A stretch of DNA of 64,000 bases from Planctomycetota bacterium (GTDB lineage: Bacteria; Planctomycetota; Planctomycetia; Pirellulales; UBA1268). Shown piece after piece: positions 53,955 to 62,680 of this stretch (positions are counted from its first letter, which is position 1; each line of letters begins with the position of its first letter). The stretch covers positions 15,805 to 79,804 of the forward strand of contig QWPN01000032.1 in assembly GCA_003671185.1 (NCBI GenBank), read 5' to 3'. The notes under the pieces are model-generated. The model was not told where the DNA came from and did not search any database. It was given only the letters and a program-made list of their open reading frames with translations. The position numbers and the translations under genes were made by a program.

Positions 53955-54859
53955 CCGTCCCCGAACATCTTGCCGAGCCCCTCGAAATCCTGTGCTGAGA
54001 TCGATGGCAGCGCCGGCTCTGGAGCGGGTCGCGCCTGGCCGGCACCCTTGGGCGTTTCCCGCTGCGTCACCGCAGCCTGTCCCGGCGCAGACGGCCCCGA
54101 CGCGAGTGCCGCGGCCACCACCGGTCCGGTTGCAGCCGGGAGATTGGCAGCCACGAACGCCGACTGCGCGTCAAGCGGGTTGACGCTGGACGACCAACGC
54201 TGCAGCAGGCTGCGCGTCCACTGGTCGATGGCCACGATCAACAGCATCAGCAGAAGAGCCGCCGCGATGGAGAGAATCATCGGCCATGCCACGACGCCGG
54301 CGACGGATCGCTTGCCTGCCTCGACGAGGCCCTTGCTCACGTACTCACCCCAGGTATCCCAGGCGCTGATCAGGCCGAATACGGGTGCCGTGAACGCGGC
54401 GGCACAGGCCGGCCAGAGCCGCTGCCCGAGAAGGCCCCGCGCCCGCGGCGCAAACTCGGTGACGGCATTCGTGAAATCCTGATCGGTGCGGCGCAGGGCC
54501 GGCGTGTTCTGCAGCGCCGCCGCCACGAGCCGAAGCGGCCACCAGGGGTGGTCTGTGTCGCCGTCGGATTCCGGTCCCGGTCGGCGCCCGAGTGCGCCAC
54601 TCAGCCGAAACAGCGAGAGGACTCGTGGCAGAAGCGTGAACACCCCGCCGAGGGCGATGCCATACGCGGCACAAGCCCACGGCTTGAGCGATCCACCGAC
54701 ATCTTCCGATCCAGCCACCATTGGCAGGACGAGGTAGCCCAGGCCGCCGCCCACGGCGATCACGATCCATGACGCCCAAGCGGCACCACCACCGAAAACG
54801 TCCCGGACGGCCGCTGCCAGCCCGTACCCCTCGGCATCACGATCACTTCTGCCCGACAT
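53951..54859 (-). CDS. Polytopic inner-membrane protein, 302 aa (array A, gene 5)
   Basis: About 4-5 hydrophobic helices (WASWIVIAVGGGLGYLVLPMV, ACAAYGIALGGVFTLL, WPACAAAFTAPVFGLISAW, VVAWPMILSIAAALLLMLLIVAI) and an Ala/Pro-rich tail. It starts 6 bp after the upstream stop. Confidence 0.65.
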   Translation of the reverse strand: MSGRSDRDAEGYGLAAAVRDVFGGGAAWASWIVIAVGGGLGYLVLPMVAGSEDVGGSLKPWACAAYGIALGGVFTLLPRVLSLFRLSGALGRRPGPESDGDTDHPWWPLRLVAAALQNTPALRRTDQDFTNAVTEFAPRARGLLGQRLWPACAAAFTAPVFGLISAWDTWGEYVSKGLVEAGKRSVAGVVAWPMILSIAAALLLMLLIVAIDQWTRSLLQRWSSSVNPLDAQSAFVAANLPAATGPVVAAALASGPSAPGQAAVTQRETPKGAGQARPAPEPALPSISAQDFEGLGKMFGDG

Positions 54860-54865
54860 GTTCGG

Positions 54866-57800
54866 TCACTCCGTCTCGACGATCGCGGGCCGCACGAGGC
54901 TGCTGCTCAAGGTTCTGACACCAGGTCGCAAAACCTTGCGGATTCTATTCCCGGACGGCCGCTTGCCGTCCGCACCGACCGCCCACTCGGAAGGGTAGTC
55001 GGTCAGTTTCACGGGCTCAAACACCACCATTCGGCAGGAACTCTTGAGAAGTTGCAGCAAATGGCCTTTGGCGGGCTCGAAGGCGGCCTGCAGGGGGCCC
55101 GGGGCCGCTTCCGCCGCCCCCCAGAGGCTGTCAAACAGGTTCGGCACCACCATGGGCAGCCGTCCGTTTGCAGCCTGCTTAGCCAACTCGTTGAGCCGCT
55201 TGTCCAAGTCTCCCAGCTTCGGAGTATGCCCCAATTCAGGGGTGTTGCCAAGTTCGCTCAAGGCAGCCCGCAGATCGTTGAATCCCGACGGGGCCGGCCC
55301 TGCCGACACGGCCCCTTCAAGCGGCACGCCGCACGGACCGCGGATCCCGAATCGCTTCAGCATGAACGCACCTGCGGGGACGCTCTCGTCGAAGGCGGGC
55401 ATGACTTCCAACTCCCCGAACTGTTCGCCCGGCAGAGCCTCGCCCGCTCGCCATTCCGCGGGCACGACCTCGTGCCCGAGCGCCGCGCACCATCGGGATG
55501 CAGCCGTGTACACCGCCTGCCGCGCGTCGGCATCCAGATCGTGGCCCGCCAGGAGAGCGTCGAGCAAGGGGCCTGCCTTGGTGACGGGATGCGCCGCGGC
55601 CTCGCCGAACGTCTGCCGGCGGTCGGTCGCGGCACGACATGAGGTGGCCAGTCCCTTGAGCCGCTCTCCGGCGTTGGCGGTGGCCGCCACGAGTCGGTCG
55701 GCGAGGTCCGCCGCCGATCCGGGTTCCCGCGGACCGTGGCCGATCACCCGCCGCGCCCGCCGCGGCTCGAGGGCAAATGTCACGGCTAGGTCGGTGCCGG
55801 CTGGTACGTCGGGATCATGGGCCCACGCGAGATACTCGTCATCGACGCCCGGAGGCATCAGTTCACGCCGGTCCGCCGTGAGCGGTGGATGGCAACGGAA
55901 ATCGAACCTGGGATCGGACACCAGCAGGTCGACCCATGCGATCAGCGCCGCGTCGCCTTTCCTCGCGCGATCGATCAGTTCGTGGAAGGCCGGCGCATCG
56001 GCTCCCGCAAAGCGGTCGCGCAGGGCGGGCAGCTCGGCGTCGAGTGGATGCGGGCTCGATCTCGCCAGCGACTCGATCAAACGTCCCTGGAACTCGGCAA
56101 GAACAATCCGCAACGGCCGGCCGCTGCCGGCTATCTCACGGGGCGCCGGCAGCAGGGTGTTGAGACAGCCGATGTCACCTTCTTCGACGGGGCCGGCGGA
56201 CACCGTCACGACCAGCCACCCGCGTCCGTCCAGTCGCTCGTCGAGCACCGTCCCGAACGGCGAATCGGACATCACCCAGGTCAGCCCCGTCTCGTCGGCA
56301 TCGGCATCGGCCGTCAACCGTTGCCTGAGCCACTTGCCCACATGCACCGTCCCGTCGGCCTGTCGGGGCGGCGAACACCGTTCCGTTGCCTGCCCGTCGC
56401 TCGCCGCAGCCTCGGCGAGCGCGACGCGGCCGAGTTCATGGAGGTTGTCGAGAAGGCGGTTGCCCAGATGCTGATTCACCGCCTCGTCCGCTGCGGCGAC
56501 GAGCGGCTGAAGCCCGAGCCTGGCGCGGTGTGCATAGTCGAAAAGCCCGGCCGTCGCCGGCCCACGTTCGGCCATCGTGCCGGCCAACACGTGGTTCTTC
56601 ACCGTTTCCCAGCGACGATGGTTGATGGCCGCCAGGATGCGGTCGCGTTGGTGGGATGCATGATCCGCAAGCGGTGCTTGAGCGAGCGCCCAGATCCGCC
56701 AGTCAACGGCTTCGATCACCTTCAGGAGACCGTCTCCGCACGCTGCCGGGGGCCCCACGGTCCCCACGTCCACGTCCCAGGCGACTGGGGGGCCTCCGGG
56801 AATCGCGAGCGCCGCGCGCAGGGTGAGTTTCGCCGCGCCGCCGGCAGGCTCCGGCGCTGCGTGCGGGATTACGCGACCTTCGGCACCGACTTGAACCGGG
56901 GTGGTGTGGAGCGAAAAGCCTTCGAATGCCATCGCTATCCGCAACGCCTCGCGTGACACTGGGTGGGCCTCGTCAGCGCCATCCGTTGCCGGTTGGCGGT
57001 TTTCTTCGCAGGCGATCGCGGCGAGCAAGCGGGCCGCCGCCACCAACCCGGCGTCGAGATCCTCCGGCGACACGACTGCACGCGCGTCATCGCCCGCGCG
57101 TTTCCACGCGCCGGCCGGCGGCGGTACGGCAGCCGTATCCAGCGCATTGCCACCCCAGCAATCAGCTGCGAACTCGAGCGCCGCCCGCCAATCGGTCACG
57201 GCCGCGTTCCCCGCGAACGTGATTCTCCGGCACATGAACGACGCCGGCGGCAGGACGGCGATACCCTTGATCAGGGTGGCTCGTTCGCCGGCACTCTGGA
57301 TCACGGGCCGCCGCACCTCCTGAATCAGGCCGCCGGCGAACTTCCCCGCGTGCCAGGCAGGAATCCAGTCCCGCACGGTGTCGACCGTGAGCGGGCCACC
57401 GGTCTCCAGTCCACGCTCGCTCCCGAACATCTCCTCGGCGTCCTGGAGCACCCCGGCGAATTCCTCTCTCAGACTCTGCAACCACTCCTGGCTCTGCCGC
57501 GCCGGGTCGGGCCTCCGCGCCCTCGGTCTGCGATGGAGCATCACCCACTTGAGGAGTTTGAGGCGGTAGTCACGGCGATTTTTGCCCACCCCACGCCAGT
57601 CCGGCCCCGGGACTCCCGCCGTCAGGGCACTCTGCTGCCACGCGTCGAAGGAGAAATGCAGCCGCTCGAATCTCCTCATGCACCAGAACGGCGGATAGAG
57701 GCCGCCGCGAGCCGGCGACAACACGGTTCCGTGCTGTTTCAACTCGGCTGCACTCCAGCCACCAAGTGCTTCGCCGGCCTGGAGCCACCAGCCGATCAGT

Positions 57801-58072
57801 TCGGCGTAACTCCACGCCTCCGGCACGCCCACATGCCCCGATTCATCGACGGGCAGGAGCGTCTTCACCCGCTGCACAAGCGACTCGATAGCGGCCCGTG
57901 TCCCGCGCACGGTGACGGTCTCTTCCCGCAACCGGCGTCGGACGTCGGAATCATGGGCCAGGAGCGGCTCGGGCATGCCGACCGCGCCGTCGCCCGCCGC
58001 CTCACGGCTCGCATGCGACAGGGAAAGCAATGCCTGCCTGCGACATTCCTCGACCATCCACGTCTCGGGCAT
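54866..58072 (-). CDS. Large hypothetical cytoplasmic protein (1068 aa) with GrpE-like C-terminal tail (array A, gene 4)
   Basis: ATG at 58072. No TM segment or NTPase motif. The last ~60 aa (VVFEPVKLTDYPSEWAV...PSGNRIRKVLRPGVRTLSSSLVRPAIVETE) resemble the GrpE beta-domain (..[36 protein letters not shown]). Confidence 0.6.
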   Translation of the reverse strand: MPETWMVEECRRQALLSLSHASREAAGDGAVGMPEPLLAHDSDVRRRLREETVTVRGTRAAIESLVQRVKTLLPVDESGHVGVPEAWSYAELIGWWLQAGEALGGWSAAELKQHGTVLSPARGGLYPPFWCMRRFERLHFSFDAWQQSALTAGVPGPDWRGVGKNRRDYRLKLLKWVMLHRRPRARRPDPARQSQEWLQSLREEFAGVLQDAEEMFGSERGLETGGPLTVDTVRDWIPAWHAGKFAGGLIQEVRRPVIQSAGERATLIKGIAVLPPASFMCRRITFAGNAAVTDWRAALEFAADCWGGNALDTAAVPPPAGAWKRAGDDARAVVSPEDLDAGLVAAARLLAAIACEENRQPATDGADEAHPVSREALRIAMAFEGFSLHTTPVQVGAEGRVIPHAAPEPAGGAAKLTLRAALAIPGGPPVAWDVDVGTVGPPAACGDGLLKVIEAVDWRIWALAQAPLADHASHQRDRILAAINHRRWETVKNHVLAGTMAERGPATAGLFDYAHRARLGLQPLVAAADEAVNQHLGNRLLDNLHELGRVALAEAAASDGQATERCSPPRQADGTVHVGKWLRQRLTADADADETGLTWVMSDSPFGTVLDERLDGRGWLVVTVSAGPVEEGDIGCLNTLLPAPREIAGSGRPLRIVLAEFQGRLIESLARSSPHPLDAELPALRDRFAGADAPAFHELIDRARKGDAALIAWVDLLVSDPRFDFRCHPPLTADRRELMPPGVDDEYLAWAHDPDVPAGTDLAVTFALEPRRARRVIGHGPREPGSAADLADRLVAATANAGERLKGLATSCRAATDRRQTFGEAAAHPVTKAGPLLDALLAGHDLDADARQAVYTAASRWCAALGHEVVPAEWRAGEALPGEQFGELEVMPAFDESVPAGAFMLKRFGIRGPCGVPLEGAVSAGPAPSGFNDLRAALSELGNTPELGHTPKLGDLDKRLNELAKQAANGRLPMVVPNLFDSLWGAAEAAPGPLQAAFEPAKGHLLQLLKSSCRMVVFEPVKLTDYPSEWAVGADGKRPSGNRIRKVLRPGVRTLSSSLVRPAIVETE

Positions 58073-58110
58073 GGTGCCATCCGTTGCTGCGCTGGTTGCG
58101 CTGGTGAACG

Positions 58111-60546
58111 CTAGATCTTGCCGCTCTGCGGAGGCGCCAGGTAGGGCGGCACCTCGAACGGATCGGCGATCACGCGGTCTTCCTTGCCGCCATCTCGCTT
58201 CGGGTAGGCGACAAAGGCGTGCGCGTCCTCACTGTCGTACTCCACGAGATACGCCCCTTCCACCGGCTCGGGGAAGCGGAAGATCACGTACGGCTCGGCC
58301 ACCGACTCGCCCGGCCATCGTCGGCTGAGCACGACCTCACGCACGCTAGGCCTGCCGGTCACCGGATCCGGCTTGATGTCGATCGTCCGCGGCAGCAACT
58401 CCGAATACAGTTCGCCCGTGTGATACAGCACACGGTCGCCGACACTGCCCAGCGTGACGTGTACGACGTCGAAGGGCAGCCGGCGCACGACCTGATGATC
58501 CCAGGACACCGTCATGCCCATCTCTTGGTAGCGGAGCTTCATGGCCACGATCGCCCCCTTGGCGACCGAGTTCTTGAAGTCCTCCGGGCGGACCAGCGCC
58601 AGCCGATCCTTGAGGAAGCGCACCCGCAGGCCGCGTTGCGGATCGAGGAGCATCTCGCGAATGCGCGGATATCGCGAGGCGTTGCCGACCAGGTACACCC
58701 AGTGCACCTCCGGCACCTCGAGCGATCCGGGAACGGCCCCGCCCGGCCCCGACTGGGGCGCCAGGCAGGTTTCCAGCAGATCGTTCGCGTATTCGATGGT
58801 GCGCACGATCGGCGCATCGATGAGGGCGTCGACTTCGCGCCGCTGCACCTTGAGCTTTTCCACGAGTTCGTCCGGCATCACGTCCTGGCCCGGGTTCAGC
58901 TGCTTCCACAGCTTGTTGAGCAACCCAGTCTCTTCGGGGCCGGGCGTGCAGAATTGCGCGGTGGGGGCGCTGAGCCGGATCTTGAACCGCTCCGCCAACT
59001 TCCACAGATCCATGACGGTTTCGCGGCGCCGCTTGGCCTCGCTGTTCTGGCTCTGCCGCACGTCGAACGTCGTGGGCACGGCATCGTTGATGGCCTTCCT
59101 GTTTTCAGGGCGGTCGAGGAATTCGGCCAGCTTCGCCGGCGCGGGCAGGGGCTCGACCTTTTCCTGAAGCTCCGCCAGCCTCGCCTTGAGCAGCCGGAAC
59201 ACCTGCTCGGTGATGTAGTCGCCGCCGAACGTGCGGTGGCCGGCCCGGCCCAAGACGCTGATCTTCAGAGCGCCGGCGTCGGACGACTCCAGTCGCACGA
59301 GCGCCAGGTCGGTGGTGCCGCCACCGCAGTCGTAGAGCAGCATGTGCATGCCGTTCGGGTACAGGTAGCGGAAGGCCGGCATGCGGCCAGGTCCGAAAAT
59401 GAAGTCCCTATAGGCGAAATAGAATGCGGCCGCCGACGCTTCGTCCACGACCATCGGCACGCGGGCGTCGATCATCTCCGGACGGAACGAGGCAGCCGTC
59501 TTCCCCAATACCCGGTGAAACGCCCGGGCCACCGTGGTGCGCAGGCGGTTCACCTCCGACTCCGAGAACGTCGTCGGGCAGGTGACGACGATCGGCTCCG
59601 GGACCGACTGGCGGTGGTAGAAGAACCCGCGCAGCATCTGGCTGATGAACACCTCCGCGGGATCCTCCTTGCGGATCACGTGCGGGGTGTTGTTGAGCAC
59701 GATCACTTCACTGTCGGAATTGGCGTCGGACTGGCGGCGATCCGAAAGCAGCCGCTTCGCCCCCAGCACCAGCCACGTATCGTCGCGGGCGTCGTCCATG
59801 GCCCGCTTGCCGATCCGCGACTCGTAGACCATGAACTGCTGGGGGGTTTCCGGATCCCTGATCCCGTAGATGCGCAGAGCGGTCTGCACGGGCCCTGGCT
59901 TTTCGTTGACGTTCACGTCGCCGACCTCATCGGCCTGCACGACCTCGAACTCGCTCTGATTCGTCTCGGAGCAAACGAGCGTGCTGCCGGTATTGCCGAA
60001 GTCGAGGGCCACATAGCCGGCGAAGTGCCCCATCTCCTTCATGGGACTGAGGATCAGCCGGGCGTCGACCCGTGAGGCGAGCACCGCCTTCGTCTCCGGA
60101 TCGACCGCGAACACGTCGATGTCGAGCGTCACGGGCGCGCCCAACTGGGCGGCACCGCCCTTTGGCGACGCCTTCATCTGCTGCGCCTTCTCCACCACCT
60201 TTGGATGGTCGGTGTCGACCTCGATGTCGACGTCCAAATCGGCGGCACCCTGCATCGCCACCACCACGAATTCCTTGGCCTGGAGCACACTGGGCGGAAC
60301 CCGCAGGAACTGCCCCACGTACTTGCGGGCCTCGGCGCCACCCTTGTGCGACTTCTCCGGCACCACGCGAATGAAGCGGCCCAGTTCCCGCGGCAACGAC
60401 ACCACCAGGAACCACTGGTTGCTGGTGGCAATGAAGGCGGGCGTGACCTGCACGTTGTCGAGCAGATCGTTGTTCGCGATCGTGAACTTGTACTTCCGCA
60501 CACCGGTGCGGGGTATGACGCCATGGGCGTGAATCGACGCGGTCAT
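58111..60546 (-). CDS. Atypical Hsp70/actin-fold ATPase, 811 aa (array A, gene 3)
   Basis: Phosphate-1 motif VALDFGNTGSTLV, phosphate-2 motif LLYDCGGGTTDLALV, and adenosine motif VYLVGNASRYPRIREML. It also has a ~180-aa non-DnaK N-terminal domain and a beta-rich C-terminus. Confidence 0.8.
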   Translation of the reverse strand: MTASIHAHGVIPRTGVRKYKFTIANNDLLDNVQVTPAFIATSNQWFLVVSLPRELGRFIRVVPEKSHKGGAEARKYVGQFLRVPPSVLQAKEFVVVAMQGAADLDVDIEVDTDHPKVVEKAQQMKASPKGGAAQLGAPVTLDIDVFAVDPETKAVLASRVDARLILSPMKEMGHFAGYVALDFGNTGSTLVCSETNQSEFEVVQADEVGDVNVNEKPGPVQTALRIYGIRDPETPQQFMVYESRIGKRAMDDARDDTWLVLGAKRLLSDRRQSDANSDSEVIVLNNTPHVIRKEDPAEVFISQMLRGFFYHRQSVPEPIVVTCPTTFSESEVNRLRTTVARAFHRVLGKTAASFRPEMIDARVPMVVDEASAAAFYFAYRDFIFGPGRMPAFRYLYPNGMHMLLYDCGGGTTDLALVRLESSDAGALKISVLGRAGHRTFGGDYITEQVFRLLKARLAELQEKVEPLPAPAKLAEFLDRPENRKAINDAVPTTFDVRQSQNSEAKRRRETVMDLWKLAERFKIRLSAPTAQFCTPGPEETGLLNKLWKQLNPGQDVMPDELVEKLKVQRREVDALIDAPIVRTIEYANDLLETCLAPQSGPGGAVPGSLEVPEVHWVYLVGNASRYPRIREMLLDPQRGLRVRFLKDRLALVRPEDFKNSVAKGAIVAMKLRYQEMGMTVSWDHQVVRRLPFDVVHVTLGSVGDRVLYHTGELYSELLPRTIDIKPDPVTGRPSVREVVLSRRWPGESVAEPYVIFRFPEPVEGAYLVEYDSEDAHAFVAYPKRDGGKEDRVIADPFEVPPYLAPPQSGKI

Positions 60547-60576
60547 GGGACTTCCTGGCAGCTGACGCCGCCGCCC

Positions 60577-62631
60577 TTAACGGAGGGTGGAGAGGCGGGA
60601 ACGGAACTCGGCATACAGTGCCTTCGCCCCGGGGTCGATGCAGTCGACCTCGCTGCCGACGGCCCGGTAGCGGTCGGCGAGATTCTCGATATGGTGGCGC
60701 ATCTCGTCCACCAGTCGCGAGCCGTAGACCTGCGAGGCGCGGCGAACCTTGCGCCGCATGATTTCCAGGTAGTCACCCACGGCGAGCATTTGCTGGCCAC
60801 CGGCGTCGAAGGGGCTGGGGTCCGACTCGATGCCGTTGAACACGGGCTGGCGGAACTCCACGCGTCCGGCGGAGCGGCCGGGCTCCAGAAAATCCTCGCA
60901 CACCTTGGCCCAGTGCTGCAGCGGTGTGTCGAACCCCGGGGCGTCCGGGGCCGCCTGGCGGCTGCTCTCGTCCTCGAATACTTTCTTCACCTCGGCGGCG
61001 ATGAGCCGCGTCTGGGCACCCGCCTCCTCCGCGCCCGACCGGGCCAGCACGCGGGCCAAATTGGAGTGGTTGGCGGCCAGGTTGCGGTCGGCCGGCATGC
61101 CCCAGCCCTCCAGCAGGTTGTCCATGTTTTTCTCGACCACGTCGACGAGCGGTTGGCTGAACCGGGCGTCGTTGGCCACCGTCTCGGCAATCGACGACAG
61201 CCTGCCGCTCCACATGGCGGCGGACCGCATCTGCTCCGTCGACATGCCGGACTGCTGCTCGGCCACCTCCAAGGCCCCGATCAGCCCGTCGATGATCCGA
61301 GTCAGCCGGTCACCGACCGCACGCTTGGTCTGGGAACGGACCGAATCCGCAACCTTCGACTGCATCGTCTCGCGAAGGTTCGACAAGCCGCCGTCGATCA
61401 CGAACCGGCGCCACGGCTCGACCTGGCCGGGATACCGCTGGCAGCGCTCGGGAACAACGGGGTTTCCGTCGGCATCGAACTTCAGCACGGTCTCGAACTG
61501 CGACTGTATCTCAGGCGTGGGACGGGACAACGAGCCGTCGGGCTGGCGGGGCAGGGCCAGCAGCTTCGTGTAGTAGTAGTTGCCCACGAAAATCACGGCG
61601 TCGCCCCCCAGCCCCTGGTTCTTCAGGGTGTCGTTGAGGTGGCAGAAGGCAGAGGGCTGCGAGGCATCCTCTGGTGGCCCGTTGAGCTGCAGGTCGTTGA
61701 GGTTGTCGCACTTCGTGACCACCATCCAGACGCGGCCGCCGAGCGTGTTCTTGTGCTGGTCACGCATCACCTCAGCCAGCGTCGACACGGTGCCCGACTT
61801 CATCTGATGCGATTCCTGGAACATGAACGCACCGTCGACGTGCGGCAGGAACGCGATCGTGAGCGCGTCGTCGCTCTCCTTGTCCACCCCCAGCCCCGGC
61901 AGGTCGATCATGTCGATCTCGTGGCTCATGGCGTCGGTGACGAAGTAGATGCGGACCTCGCGCAGCAGCGTGTACTTGGAGGGCTTCTCCTGGTGGGTGG
62001 CGTAGTCGCGTCGCTTCTTGAAATCACCGACCTCCACCTTGGAGGTTTCCTGGATCACGTCCGGAAACTCGAGGGCCGCCTTGAGCAGGCCGATCAGCAC
62101 GCCGTGGTCCGGCGCCTTGAAGTGGGGCTGTTCGGCAGTCTGCCGCTGCGCGGCTTCGAGCAGCGCGCGGCGATTTTCGTCGTACGTGAGCTTGCAGATC
62201 CGGCACAGATCCTTGAGTCGATCGCGAAACTGCGCCGTGTTCATGTATTGCAGTTCGATGTAGTGCCGTTCGCCGGGCTGGCACTGCGGGTGCGGCGCGG
62301 CACAGGGCACGAGCCGGGTGGGCACGCTGGTGGTCGGTCCACCCGACCCCTGCGGCGCCGGACATTCATCCTTCGACACGGAGAGCAGGTTGCCAACGGT
62401 CGTCGACTTGCCCGCCTGCGATGGGCCGATGAATCCGATCGAGAACCGCTGACGCGTCATCTCCACGGCCAGCTTGGAGAGTTCCTCCTTGACCCGCCCC
62501 ACCACGTCACGATCGGCGAAGCGCGGCAGCTTCGCCGTCGCCTCAGAGAGGATCTGGTCCACGTCGTTGAAGCGCTCGACGAGTCGCTCGTCCTGCAGCA
62601 GCTTGCAGGATTCCTGTGTCAGTCTGCCCAT
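60577..62631 (-). CDS. Dynamin-like large GTPase, 684 aa (array A, gene 2)
   Basis: ATG at 62631 (GGGAGA SD) within ORF 60577..62718. G1 GFIGPSQAGKST, G3 MIDLPGLG, G4 VVTKCD, followed by a ~400-aa helical region. Confidence 0.8.
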   Translation of the reverse strand: MGRLTQESCKLLQDERLVERFNDVDQILSEATAKLPRFADRDVVGRVKEELSKLAVEMTRQRFSIGFIGPSQAGKSTTVGNLLSVSKDECPAPQGSGGPTTSVPTRLVPCAAPHPQCQPGERHYIELQYMNTAQFRDRLKDLCRICKLTYDENRRALLEAAQRQTAEQPHFKAPDHGVLIGLLKAALEFPDVIQETSKVEVGDFKKRRDYATHQEKPSKYTLLREVRIYFVTDAMSHEIDMIDLPGLGVDKESDDALTIAFLPHVDGAFMFQESHQMKSGTVSTLAEVMRDQHKNTLGGRVWMVVTKCDNLNDLQLNGPPEDASQPSAFCHLNDTLKNQGLGGDAVIFVGNYYYTKLLALPRQPDGSLSRPTPEIQSQFETVLKFDADGNPVVPERCQRYPGQVEPWRRFVIDGGLSNLRETMQSKVADSVRSQTKRAVGDRLTRIIDGLIGALEVAEQQSGMSTEQMRSAAMWSGRLSSIAETVANDARFSQPLVDVVEKNMDNLLEGWGMPADRNLAANHSNLARVLARSGAEEAGAQTRLIAAEVKKVFEDESSRQAAPDAPGFDTPLQHWAKVCEDFLEPGRSAGRVEFRQPVFNGIESDPSPFDAGGQQMLAVGDYLEIMRRKVRRASQVYGSRLVDEMRHHIENLADRYRAVGSEVDCIDPGAKALYAEFRSRLSTLR

Positions 62632-62680
62632 CGGTCGATTCTCCCTGTCTTCCCTGCGGGCAGCGGCCCGCGGATCGAGC

